DNA of 64,000 nucleotides, taken from the NCBI RefSeq assembly GCF_018977255.1, contig NW_024704750.1, positions 10,478,001 to 10,542,000 on the forward strand, read 5' to 3'. Shown piece after piece: positions 52,133 to 64,000 of this stretch. Every line of letters starts with the position of its first letter. Within the stretch, counting starts at the first letter, position 1. Made by a program: the position numbers and the translations under genes. The notes below the pieces were generated by a model. The model saw only the letters and a program-made list of their open reading frames with translations, was not told the DNA's origin and did no database searches. Source of the stretch: Callorhinchus milii. Lineage: Eukaryota.

Positions 52133-53933
52133 CAGAAATGTCAAGGATGGAGAAAATGAGATGTTCCCCTAACATGAAAAGCAAATGTAAGCTTACCAAA
52201 TGTAAGGATTATTATTATCCCTCTGTGATTTGAAAAGATATCCTAATTTGATATTAGTAGCAGAATCCCTGAGACTGGGATTCAATGTTTAATACATCAA
52301 GTAAAAATGTACAATAAGTAATGTGCATGGAATTTACCAACAATCAACATGAAGTACAAACTATTTAATGTTTCTCTAATACTGGCAGTAATTATGTTAG
52401 TAAGTGTGTTCTAAGGATTGGATTGCCTAATTATTTAAAGCAAAAACATGTGTGTCTATAACAACATCTTCATGAGAATTCACAATCCATTAAACTTGAG
52501 GTGAAGGGGAAGCGGATCAGGAGCTAACCATTCTTAGGATCCATTGCCCTTATTGTTTAAAGTGACAACGTAAGAATAGTTCCTATAGTGCAAAATAACT
52601 GTTGGAAAAGTATCATCTAATTTGGAAAATGAATCATTTTCCACATTAAAAGGATGACTTTCAAGTCTCACCACATGTAGCTGGCCTTACAGTATCTTTG
52701 TTCCATTTCTGAGGCTGGAAATGGAGCCAAGGACAGCTTGGAACTGTTGCCAGCATCAAAACATTATTTTGCCAGACACATCTTGGAAACATCTTGAAGT
52801 CTGTATTTCTGAACAGGAATGCGTTTTCTATTTTTTTTAAAATTCAGCAATCAATTGCATCTATTGTATTTGAGGAAAAAAGGAGAATATTTTTCCAATA
52901 AATGCTGAGAGAAAATGTTAGTTACAGTGTGGTCCTTTTAATTACCTTTCTCACCTATAAATCATTGCAAATTACCATTTCAAAATAAGAGAAATGTCTG
53001 ACGCTTCTTAGCGCTACATGAATTCAGGTGTTTGATCAGATATACCCAAACCAGTTTATATCAAACAGCAACATCTGAAAGCTGTTTCACTCATGAGAAA
53101 GGTGCAGATAATTACTTTAAGGTGAAAACATACAATGGATAACTACACAAAATAAAAGATCCATCATACTGTAACAGATAAATCACCTTGTATTAGACTA
53201 AAACAAATTGTAACCCCATTTGCGTCATGTGCCATCTACTACCATAGGAACGAGCAGGAATAGGGTTAAGTTTCTCTATAAATAAAACCCAGGAGAATGT
53301 CTGTATATTTCTAATGACTTCAAAAGCACCCAAGACAAAGACTGATCATCTCTGTCAAAAATATGCGCATAAATTAAAAAGGGTCACTGGAATTAATAGG
53401 AATGCGTGTGAGGATTACAAAAGCTATAAAAGTGCCACGATCATTCCTGGTAAATTGTGTCACCTACATTTATTTACAGTTTCAGCTGAAAATACTACAG
53501 TGTGCGGAATTTTAGAGCAAAGGCAGTTTCTGAATAACACATTTTATTCAGACAAAAAATGATGCCCCCAAATCCCCGAAAATATCTGAAACTGGATTAG
53601 AATTTGAAGGGAAAAAAAGACATGTCCCTGAATTTAAAAAAAGCTCATGCTCAACAAAACTGATTTTTCAATCACACCCAAAGGACCTGTGTGATCTCAT
53701 TTTGAAACAAGTGTGACTGCTACAAATTATCATATACAGTACCACAGTACAGAAAAAGGACATGTCCACATGCTTTGTGGTTCCCTGGGGCTTTTTATTT
53801 GCACAGATAGCAGGAAAATGAATTAGCAAATATGTTTAATGATAGAGCGTATTGCTCTTTTTTCCACCCTCTTAGTATCTGTAGTTTTCAAAACCACCAC
53901 ATAACACCCAGAATAAAAATTGTGCATTTCTAA

Positions 53934-54148
53934 TACTTCTCTATCCCTTCAAGGCCGGTCTCAAGAGCTTTCTCTTTGACCGTACCGTCAGCTCCCCTCT
54001 CGACTCTCTACCCCCTCCTCGCTCCCTCCCTTCCCTCCCCTCACCCTGACCATTTCCCCCCTGCTCGGGTCCTGACCCAACTGTACAGCGCCTTGGGACG
54101 TCCTCCCAACGAGAAAGGCGCTCTATAAATGGAATCTTGTTGTTGTTA
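53934..54148 (+). mobile_element. L2 LINE 3' end
   Basis: PFKAGLKSFLFD, a C-rich UTR, and tail cagcgccttgggacgtcctcccaacgagaaaggcgctctataaatggaatc(ttg)n. Confidence 0.92.
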
Positions 54149-54860
54149 ACCTTACACATTAGAATTAAAACAGAAAACCACAAAAAGCAATCATTTGATA
54201 TCTTTTTAGATTTTTCCCCTACTTTTGGTAATTATTTCACTCACTTGGGTTTCTCACCTTCATAACATTGGTACATTTCCAACCAAGAAGCTCCGACCGG
54301 AAGCCTACTTCCATCCTTCCACCAACACAGTCTATGACAAAGACCTTGGTTGAAGACTTTCTTTCTGCTAGACCAGCAAAGATCTAGAACTTACGTGCAG
54401 AGAAGCATACTAATACCTAACACCCCCAAAAAAGTTATTCTCTGAGAAGATTATCATTTGTAAAATATATTTTACTTGTTATTTTCATTGTGTGCTCATC
54501 AAAGCGTTGGTCAATGGAATATTTTGTTTCACCATTTTGCTCCCAGTTCAACCCAGACAGCAGGTGTATAGGGGGTAAATCTTTTCTGCACTGACCCAAT
54601 TGTTTATTTCTTTAGGTCTTCTATTTAAGTGTACAAAATGCCTCTGCAGTACTCCAAAGGTCCCTAATATACAATGAATGCTAAGGTTAATATCACAGGC
54701 AATATTAATAAATTGGTGCATTTAATACTTTATTAATTTTAAGAAATATCAGTCAAAGACATTTAAAACGCAGAGGCCTATACTGTACAGAAAGCTTCCA
54801 AATCTTGGTGAGATTGCCAATTGCTTGTTAAATTAAACTTTGATAATAAAAATATAATAA

Positions 54861-55080
54861 AAACTTGCACTTAATACAACACCTATAGTATTGAAACATC
54901 TCTAAAGTACTCCAAAGGCAATTGACGTCAACTATAGTTACTGTGTATTCGTAGGCAAATGTTTTGGCAAAGCAAGTTCAAACAGACCTGGAGCCATAAT
55001 GCACATAGGAACAAATTACTTTTTAGTGTTTAATTTTCTTTGTGGACAGTTGTTTTCCCACTGAAGTGTGCCATGAATGA
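54861..55080 (-). mobile_element. Very decayed DeuSINE-like remnant
   Basis: aacttgcacttaatacaacacc..aaacatctctaaagtac..gtaggcaaat..gaagtgtgccatg resembles the reverse of the tail and Deu domain. Confidence 0.4.
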
Positions 55081-58000
55081 GAATTTGTTTGTACCATACT
55101 ATGAATTGAGCCCCTAATGAGAGCACAGCCTGACACTGAAGTCTACGTATTGTACAATCATGAGAATACACATATAGTATGCCCTTATATTACAATTGCT
55201 ATATTTCTGTAAGCATAATAATAGGTATGAAACCTTCAAAACGTAGGCATCAATGGGCAAAATTAATTGCAACAATTGTGTGCACAAAGGAGTGATTCTG
55301 GTATGTAATTTTCCATTCTTGCAAATGTTACATGCACGTTTTTAAACACAATGAATGTTGACAAGCACAGTTTCTGGGTATGTTCACAGTACAGCAGAAA
55401 AACTTTACAATAAATCCCTCAAAATGTTTCTGGTGGCTTGTGTCATTACCACATTGCTAGAAATGTTTCACTGCAGATGGGCAAGGTGGTGTTGCTCTTC
55501 AGCATTGTCATTTCATGAATGCTCATACTGTGCATCAAGGAACCATGCTAGGTCACATTGAGCTCCAAGGATGTTTCACGAGAAATATCCAAACTGCTGC
55601 ACATTGGCTTCCCTCTTCAATAGTTCATTCACTTTCCCTTAAAAAGAAACCTTTTCCTTGCATAATATATAGATTGTACAGTACTCAAATAAAATCCACA
55701 CAAACGGTTGTATTTGTTCATAGCTAGAGTCTTAATTTTAAACTTGCTTAAGAGTGTGAAAAAACTTTTAGGATTGTTGTTCTGTCATTCTGTTCTGCTC
55801 CACTTTCACAACAGGTTCCAAATGGGTTGTTAAAAGAAGGCTCAATGCACAGTATTGCTTTCAACCTTTTTTAGATTTTATAACTTAGACAATTCTAATG
55901 GTTATTTCCCTAATTAACCCACACTTTCATGCCTTAAAAAGTTAACCTGAACCACTGAGGGAGGAATCAGGGTATATCTGTAACTGTTGCTGATTTAAAC
56001 AAATGGCAAGAGCACCTAGCTCATAATTTCACCAGGAAATGACATTTAAATAAGGTTATTACTTGGCTCAATCAAACAAATATATTTGCATTATTTAATA
56101 CATTAGATGTCCTCTGGCAATTGAACAATTATTCTGTTGTTACTGTACTATTTGTCCCTTTAAACAAATTCTATTTGAAATATTATAACCTATATAATAC
56201 ATTGACCTCTATTGATAAAATAACGCAGTGACTAAGTTAAAGTGTAATTTTAAATTGTCCAAATAGCAATAATGTGGACACAGACAATCTCTGAACTAAG
56301 GTCCAGGCTGTCATGTAGGTTGCTGCATAGCCTGTGTCTTCCAAACATGAATATTCAGCCTTTTGTCAGGTTTTAATAGCATCATGTAATTAAACTTTGA
56401 TGAAAGAGTAATTATTTTTGTGTGTGCTCATGGACAGAAGAGTCCACAGAGAAGACAATTTCATGTTATAAAATAATGCTATACAGTTGGGACTAGCCTA
56501 CACTCATCAGAGAAAGTGAAAACCTGGGGAGCTTTAGAAATGAGACAATGGCAAATGTGGCTTGTAAATTGAATAACAGTATTCCTTTCATCTGTTTACA
56601 TCCAATTATGTCTCTTGATACCCTTCAGTATCATAGTTTGTTTCTATCTAAAAAGAATCTCAAAAGATTTCTGAATTAGATTCACATGCCAGTGTCACAA
56701 GCATGTTGTGTGCCATGTCAGGTGGGTGCACCGGGCAATCAAAGAATAGGGTTTTTTCAGCATCGAGTCCCTAGTGAAATAGGCACGACTAGATTCTGTG
56801 ACAATTATCAGTTATTGATGATCACTAATAATGCTGAACTGTCGAGAGTTGTGATTTTTTCCACCAGTTTTAAAAGTTACAATATTGGGAATCTCGCTTT
56901 ACAAATATTTCCAATAAAATTATTCAGAATCTGCAACAAAAATAAAACAAGAATACATTGTTTCCTGTTATGAAAAAGGATGGTGTAATTTCTTTACAAA
57001 TCTAAGTGCAAACCAATAGTATTTTGTACTCTACAGATAAACCCACCAGTACTATTGACATCTTTGTAGCCAATATCAATATACAATTTCTTACCTATAT
57101 ACTTAACTAAGCACAAACAAATGGGGTCATTCTGCTCTGTTTGCTAAGTGTAGAAAATTCACTTAAATGTGCTATTGGTAAATGTAGAGTAGCCCAGCAC
57201 ACAGCAATGAATTTGCAACATTTACCAAACCGAGCAGAATAAACTCCACATAATTTATATTCTTCACAAAAGGAGCTGGTTAATTTCACCAGTCAGTTTT
57301 ATCTTGCCTGAAATATTTTGTAAAATTAAGATTCGGGTTCAGTGGCATAAACAAATTTGCTGTGTCCAAAGTAAAGTTTATAAAAGTGCTGCACCAAGTG
57401 TTCTTGTTATGGAAATGGCAAAGAAAAAAGTTCCATCTCTAAGAGACAAAAAAATGCCATACGTATGAGTCCATTTAGAATAAATAATATTTTCCTACAT
57501 GTACAAACCGCAATTATTGTCTCTAAATATTTGAAGGAAACCAACAAAAAATTGGGGCATTAGCTCATCCTATTCCAACCATTGGGCATGCATGGCAAAG
57601 ATCATTTAGTCAATAATCCAGACTGCTCAATTTCCTATATGAAGGAGGCTGTAAAATTAATAAGTAATATCGGTAGGAGATTTTGCCAAAGAAAGGTGAG
57701 CATGAATTTAAAAAAAGTAAATCGTAAACTGGATTAAAATGTTGTTCATACGTTTTACTTTTAATCCCAGATTTTTGACTCTCATTCCTTGCAACAGCTC
57801 GTTGACACACAAAGTCTTTTTCAACACACAAGAAGGGCAATCTTACCTGAGTAACATGAATTTTTTTTGGAGTAAGATGAATGTTGTTCATTCAACAGAA
57901 GGTGTACTTATTGCAGGACAAGAAGTCCGGGTAGATTTCCCTCCCACCCAGATGGATCATTCCATTGCTGCATGCTCCACCTAGCAGCCCATCTGAGAAC

Positions 58001-60046
58001 TGATGAAATAACCCCCAAAAGCAGCAGGCAGACTCGAGTGTCAGACAAAGCTACAACTCTGACCAAAACAACCTGTCTGGAAAGCAGGCATTCATCAGGT
58101 GAAAAGCTGAATTAAAATCAGTCCATATTCACATTAAAATAACTGATATGGAATATACTGATTAAAAAAAATTTACATACACCTTTGTGGAAGTTCTAAA
58201 AGTTACATATATTTTCCACACAATATTTACATCTTAACATACACTCTATGTATATTTATAAACACACCAGTAAAATGATCATCATTCCTTTATGTTCGAA
58301 CGATGATCTGCTTTGTTGGGATTATTATTTTCTTTGTGATATTTCCATATGCAAGGTGTTAATGTTTCAGTATATTCACAAATAATGACAAAATATATAC
58401 CTTTACGATCTGGAGTTACTTTACACTAAAATAGTATCAAAGTACACTTTCTGTCATACATTTTGCACAGGTTTACTCTGATCCGTACATTCCACGTTTC
58501 CATTATTCTATCCTGGGCACCTTATGAATTTTACTGGTATTTATTGTTTAAAAATAATTTGTACATTAATCTAGCTGCATGTACATCCATGAATGATACC
58601 ACTGTTGGTATCAAGAACAGTAAATAATAAATAAGGTACCAAATTTATGCAGTCAATATATTGCTGTTTGGAAGAGGAGTTGAGGAGTCAGACTATTGTC
58701 TTAATTCAACCAATATAAATTTCATTCTACTAGCAGATCTGCTACAGCATCAGCAAATATTTACAACAGTGAAAATACAAAAAACAAAAGATTCATATAT
58801 CCTTGCAGACTGGTGAGCAGTTGATGTGGGATAATCAGAGATATGCTGAAATATGCTCTTTTTCATTTCTACAATGTACCAATTCAAACAAAGGTTTGGT
58901 TTTTCCATGTATTTTTCCTTTAAGTATCCATCGACAGAACAGAAACAATCTTGTGCACTTTTGCCTTTTTTCACCAATTGCATAACTTTGAGATGCCTGA
59001 TGCACAGTTCATGAAATAAGCCTCAAGCATTATTTTCACGTTCAGCTAGTACCTTTCTTTTAAAATAAAAATCAAACATTTATGAAGAATTATAATTCAC
59101 TTCCCTATCCTGTTTGCCTTTTCAAAACGGATTTGTTCAGATGAGTTGTGTTTCTGAATAATTTTAGTTGATAAGAAAGTATTGATGGTATCTTCATAAA
59201 ATGATTTGGAAGAATAGTTAAACCCAATAATGTGAGGGAGCTGAAATAAAATCAGTAGTGGTAGAACTGGAAAAGTTAAGTCATTGAATATGATTTTGCC
59301 TTGTCTCTTAAGGATATTGTCTACTTGGGTATACCATTGACCCAGGACGACATTGCTTGTTATATGTTAATATGTACAAACTATTGGTCTTCATCATGGA
59401 AAGACCTGCAGAGGTAGAAAGTTCTTTAAGGTGAACACTTTAAAGGTTAACTCAATTGAAAATCATTCAGAGAGTATTATGATTCACATAGAAATATAAT
59501 GGACTGGGATGTTAGCTGGTGATTAGCTTTGGAATTGTGAAGTGCAAAAGTGGAATCTCTTGCGCATTGCAGATTCTGGCAAATGATGGAAAACATACTT
59601 ACGATATAGTAGCAATTAATATGGATACAAAGGTTTACTTATTGTGAGCATAGTCAGAGGTTAATATTCTACAGTTTTCATTCACATTGATTCTGTTGTT
59701 AGTAAATAATTTTACCATCCTAGCATCTTATCTAGTCTAGAGACCAACCTGTGAATTTCCATTTAGTGAAGGTAATCTTTGAGACATAAATTTTGAAAGA
59801 TCAGCATTTTACAATATAGTGAAGATAGGGCTTTACCATCAAATATGGGATGGACTGATGAATTCCCCTTGGAGATTTTCTGGTAGAGAACATATTATAT
59901 TAATACAGAATTCAGGTGGCATCCATTTTCAGAGAATATGGGTAAGGAAAGATAAAGCATTGTATCTATCTTGAGTAGACTAGTTTTTATGGATAGATGC
60001 ATTTTCCTTTTTATAACTACAGAATTGTGAATTTAAGGATTAGCAA

Positions 60047-60114
60047 ATCATAGAATCATAGAGTCATAGAATTACACAGCACAGAAAGAGGCCATTCGAC
60101 CCATAGTGTCTGTG
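60047..60114 (-). mobile_element. CR1 extreme 3' end with octamer repeats
   Basis: Minus strand atgggtcgaatggcctctttctgtgctgtgta-attctatg-actctatg-attctatg shows the CR1 (ATTCTRTG)n terminus. Confidence 0.9.
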
Positions 60115-60454
60115 AAAAGATACGGCTCTTTGAAAAGACAACTTTGTCATTATAAAAGGAAATTACCTCTACCCCTAAAACGATGCCCATTTTCATTCTC
60201 AATGCCAATCTTTGCTTCCATTATTATGCTTTTTTTAAAATCATTGATTTTATTACTGTTATTCTACACTTCATGTAACATAAACCATTAGTACTGCAGT
60301 ACCATTCAGCATGTGCTAACTCCTCCCAAGTAAATCCCATAGCTAAGACTTACTAGTTCTGTCATGTCATGACATACAAGGCATTATCTAATGTTATGAC
60401 ACCCTCCATGAATCCTTAACAATAAAGGTATAGTGAACACCACCAATGCAAGAA

Positions 60455-60765
60455 ATAAACCCCATCTGCCTGTCCTGGACAGGCAAAAATATGTTGGGAC
60501 AGACGCAGATTTATTGTAACCCTGTCCCCAAGGCACATATGTCAGAACCTCATTACTTAACTTAAGATCATTTCACAAAGAACACGATAAAGATGACTGC
60601 AGCAGAGTTTGACTCAAATGTGATTTGAGAAGGCAACAATTTGGCCTGTTGTGAAACTATTTGAGATGTCTTTGTATTTGAAAGCGTTTTGATTGCTATT
60701 TAGGCAGGTAGAATTTAATTCAAACAAGAGATTGCTTTCCCATGCCTGTCCTGGACACAGGTATA
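60455..60765. mobile_element. Possible decayed DNA-transposon end with palindromic sub-terminal motifs
   Basis: gcctgtcc-t-ggacaggc palindrome at 60468-60484, gggacag/ctgtccc motifs, and tgcctgtcctggaca repeated at 60743-60757. Confidence 0.35.
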
Positions 60766-60956
60766 CTTTCCCCCATGATTTCTCTCCTTTATAACCTGTC
60801 AGCTTTTAACATTTGAAATCTAAGATTTTCTATTTCTTCAATCTGCTTCTCCTGAACTTTAATTGCTCCTTACTCTCAGTGCAGTTTTATCGCACCGAAT
60901 GCTTCACTATTTAAAGTGTGATGCACGGCAGCAGCTATGGTGATTGCGATTGATTG

Positions 60957-61013
60957 CCCCCCCCCCCCCCTTCCCCCCCCCCCCCCCACACACACACACA
61001 CACTCACTCACAC
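60957..61013. repeat. Poly-C plus (CA)n compound microsatellite
   Basis: Seen directly. Confidence 0.92.
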
Positions 61014-61016
61014 AGA

Positions 61017-61092
61017 AAGTGTTTATGTGTTGCTGACAGCAAGTGAAGATAGGATGAGGATCGGCTGTAAGAATGACACTTGAGCAAGGTGT
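61017..61092 (+). mobile_element. Ancient SINE fragment (same family as 47831)
   Basis: aaagtgtttatgtgt..gtgaagataggatgaggatcggctgt-aagaatgacacttgagcaagg. Confidence 0.5.
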
Positions 61093-63945
61093 GTGTACAC
61101 ACCCCTGAAACTATAGCCAAGCAGATACTAAGAAAGGAGAGATACAATTAAATTTCAGGGAGCAAAGTTGTAGGTCTGAGGTAGCTGCTGGATGGTTATG
61201 AGTTAAATATACAACATTCTTTCCATCACTTCTTATTAGTATCCAGGTCACCTCAGCAAAAATATTATCCTGTGGTCTCTGTGATAATATTAGCAAAAAG
61301 TAGCCCTCTCTGCACAAAGACCTTTACCTTTATTGTATCCCTCGCATTGATCTTAAGATGTTTTCATTCTTATATGTTTTGGATGTTCATTTATTATTCA
61401 TTGCGTATTGGGGGTCATTCTCAGCAAAGTTTTTCAGCATATATGAGGCTGCTCTTCAAAGCCCAATGGAGCACTTTCACTTAGGTTATCATGTTTGGAC
61501 ATACGTACCTTAATTTCCAAAAATAAGCAAGGCAAAACCTAACTGGTTTCACCTGTAGAAACAATATTAAAATGCTGCAATCCTGGACACTCATAAAACA
61601 TGAACATTGTAACCTATATAACATTTATGCAACTTAGTCAATATTTTAGTGCTACATTTTTGTCACTAACATTTTAGTTTTTCTTTTTACATACAAGTAT
61701 GTTTTGTTATCATTACATGTAGCATATGGCAAAGCGCTGAAATTTAATAACCTAATAACATTTGATATACGCTTTGAGATCCAAAGGAATTTATTTGGTA
61801 AACCTCACTATACATATTTTATTAAATTTTGCTACTGCTCAATTAGTCTGTGAGAACTTTCTTGTTTTATAAACAATTTTTTCATCATTGTTGTATAATC
61901 TTAACAATTTCTATGGGATTGCATTGTAGCAACATTGTTGCAATGTGTTTAATGCAGCAATATTGTAGCATAGAATCGTTTTGATTAAACTGACAACTGT
62001 TTAACATGAATGTAAATATGCTGTACTGTACTATTACAATTACTATTATTAAACATGAATGTGAAAAAAGGTCCTTTGGAATGAAAGTTCAGTGCATTTT
62101 ATTATTCAACAGTCTTAAATGTATTAATGTTACACTGCAATCATGAAGTCATATGTCTATGCATTAAGGCTCTTTTGGTAATAAGTGTGAACAAACCTCT
62201 CAAATTTATCACTCAGCTGATTTTCCAGATTCCCTGATGGCAACTTATCATCGAAAGCAAATTAAGTCATTCAATGGTAAGTAATGGCAACTTAGAAGAA
62301 AGTGTGCAAATCTGGAGAGTGGATGAACCGTGAGCTGGCATAGTGTCTTTCATATCTAGGAGCAGAGTTTTAATTCAGCCTAGATTGAAGGCATGAAAGT
62401 TTCCTATATAATGGCAATGGCCCTATGCAAAATGTATTTGAGCAGTTTCAACACAATTCTCAGGGATTGTGCCTGGAGCAAAAATTTTCCCGAAATTAGC
62501 ATTAAATTGGTAACCTCTCTCAGGGAGACTGAGAGATGGCAGGAGTGGGAAATGGAAATGTGCAATAAAGGTGCTCTTTTTAATGTTGGAGTTTACGAAA
62601 ATTGCTGGGCAGTATTCAATGAACTTTACCCTACATCTAGCCTGCGCCTTGACTGACCTGGGAGTGATTGATGATGACACTGGGTGCAAAAATGTTACTT
62701 GTTCCATTCCCTGTCATTGACATCCTTCACCCTGATGAGCACAAAAATTCATCGTAAAAAAAAATGGAGTAATCATGCAAATGATTTCCACCTTAACAAA
62801 TGGAAATGAACCACTTGGCTTTTGTTAACGATCATAGTTCATGGCACTCAAGAAGCAATGTGGGGGGAAAATAAGCCTTCAAAGCAATGTTTTACAGATA
62901 TAAGAACAGTATATCTTTAGACAAATGTTTGGCCACAAAAGAATAACAATAACTTTGGGTGCTGAAATAGCAATACTACATGGCTTAAAAAAATAAGTGA
63001 AGTGTTCACATTACCAGGGATGTTGTGCAATATAAACAGTTGAATTATCTTATCAGGGCAACATTATTAAAGGTAGCCTATAAAGATTTACAAAGGAAGC
63101 CTGAGGGTGGAAATGTGCCACCTAGGAAAAAATGACAGATGCTGAATAGAGAGTGACACTAATTTTAACAATGTGAGGGAGAAGCAAGCATCATCCTTGG
63201 ATTGTGGATGATTTGTAATATTTTGTGATATCATATTGTTCACTGCATACAAATGTCAACCACAAGTAATTCTGGATTGGCATGATTTTACACAGCATAT
63301 TGTAACAGATGCATAATATTCAATATCCACTTGTAGCTGAATCTTCAAAGAACTTATTGTCATATCCGAGGAGAAGGAAGGTGAGCCCAAAGAATCTGAG
63401 GAAAAGGAATGCAATCCTCCAGCATCAGAAATCAAAGCATTGCAGACTATAACCTAGCCAGGAAAAGGAATGTCAGACATTAACTACATTGAGGATCATT
63501 CTGAGTACCACCTCATAAAATAAATGAGGGCACAATCAGCTACTGAAATTAGGAGTTCTCCCTTTACCATCCCCAATGCAAGGCATGAGACCATAACCAC
63601 AAATATTATGAATTCCCTACAGACCTTCTTTTAGCAATGTCCATGGATATGTGCATGCCAACTGCTACTGGTAGTTGTGTGTGCCTCATGCCAAGCCCTT
63701 GGAATTCCACTCTGATGTAACTAGAAATAGATCATATCAGAGCAAAATTCTACTGGCTCAGTGTGGTACACATCTAGTTATTATCAGGATTCAATATTTA
63801 TGTATCATGATTGTGAATACAGGTAAACTGACATGGCACAATTGGACGTGCAAGTAGCTGATGGTTAATTATATTGCTCTGCCACCAGTCACATTCATCT
63901 ACAAAGTTCATGAATGTTTTCATTCATCTTCTGAGTACTTTAGAG

Positions 63946-64000
63946 ATAATAATAATCCTTGCACTTGATATAATGCCTTACCATGTTTTCTAGATGTCTC
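63946..64000 (-). mobile_element. SINE 3' tail, cut by the window edge
   Basis: ataataataatccttgcacttgatataatgcctta..tctagatgtctc. Confidence 0.85.

Noticed and set aside
58731-58744. 14-bp palindrome tagcagatctgcta
   Set aside because: About four 7-bp-arm palindromes are expected by chance in a window of this size.
1-64000. CRISPR array, operon or other prokaryotic system
   Set aside because: No regularly spaced repeats and no long ORFs; the sequence is vertebrate-type non-coding DNA.

Overview
AT-rich, CpG-poor eukaryotic non-coding DNA with no recognisable host protein-coding gene and one 204-N assembly gap. The repeat content is typical of a cartilaginous fish, probably a chimaera such as Callorhinchus; this is inferred from recalled repeat consensus sequences, not from a search. 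The window holds about 12 copies of a tRNA(Ala)-headed SINE with an L2-type tail (long older and short younger subfamilies), older Deu-domain SINEs, a second ancient tRNA-SINE family, L2 and CR1 LINE relics and a probable Penelope relic. The ORF track is noise or repeat-derived. Unique stretches carry clusters of Pbx-Hox, Meis, Hox13, POU and CTCF motifs, consistent with a gene desert or large intron with enhancers. The most notable observations are a 51-bp near-perfect inverted repeat 462 bp apart (43546-44109), a pre-miRNA-like hairpin with a UAAGUGCU (miR-430/302-type) 3p start (31057-31115), a degenerate hammerhead-like fold next to Penelope-like remnants, nested SINE insertions, SINE tails that track a particular L2 tail, and a sharp switch of SINE orientation near 35 kb. 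I found no clearly new multi-component system.
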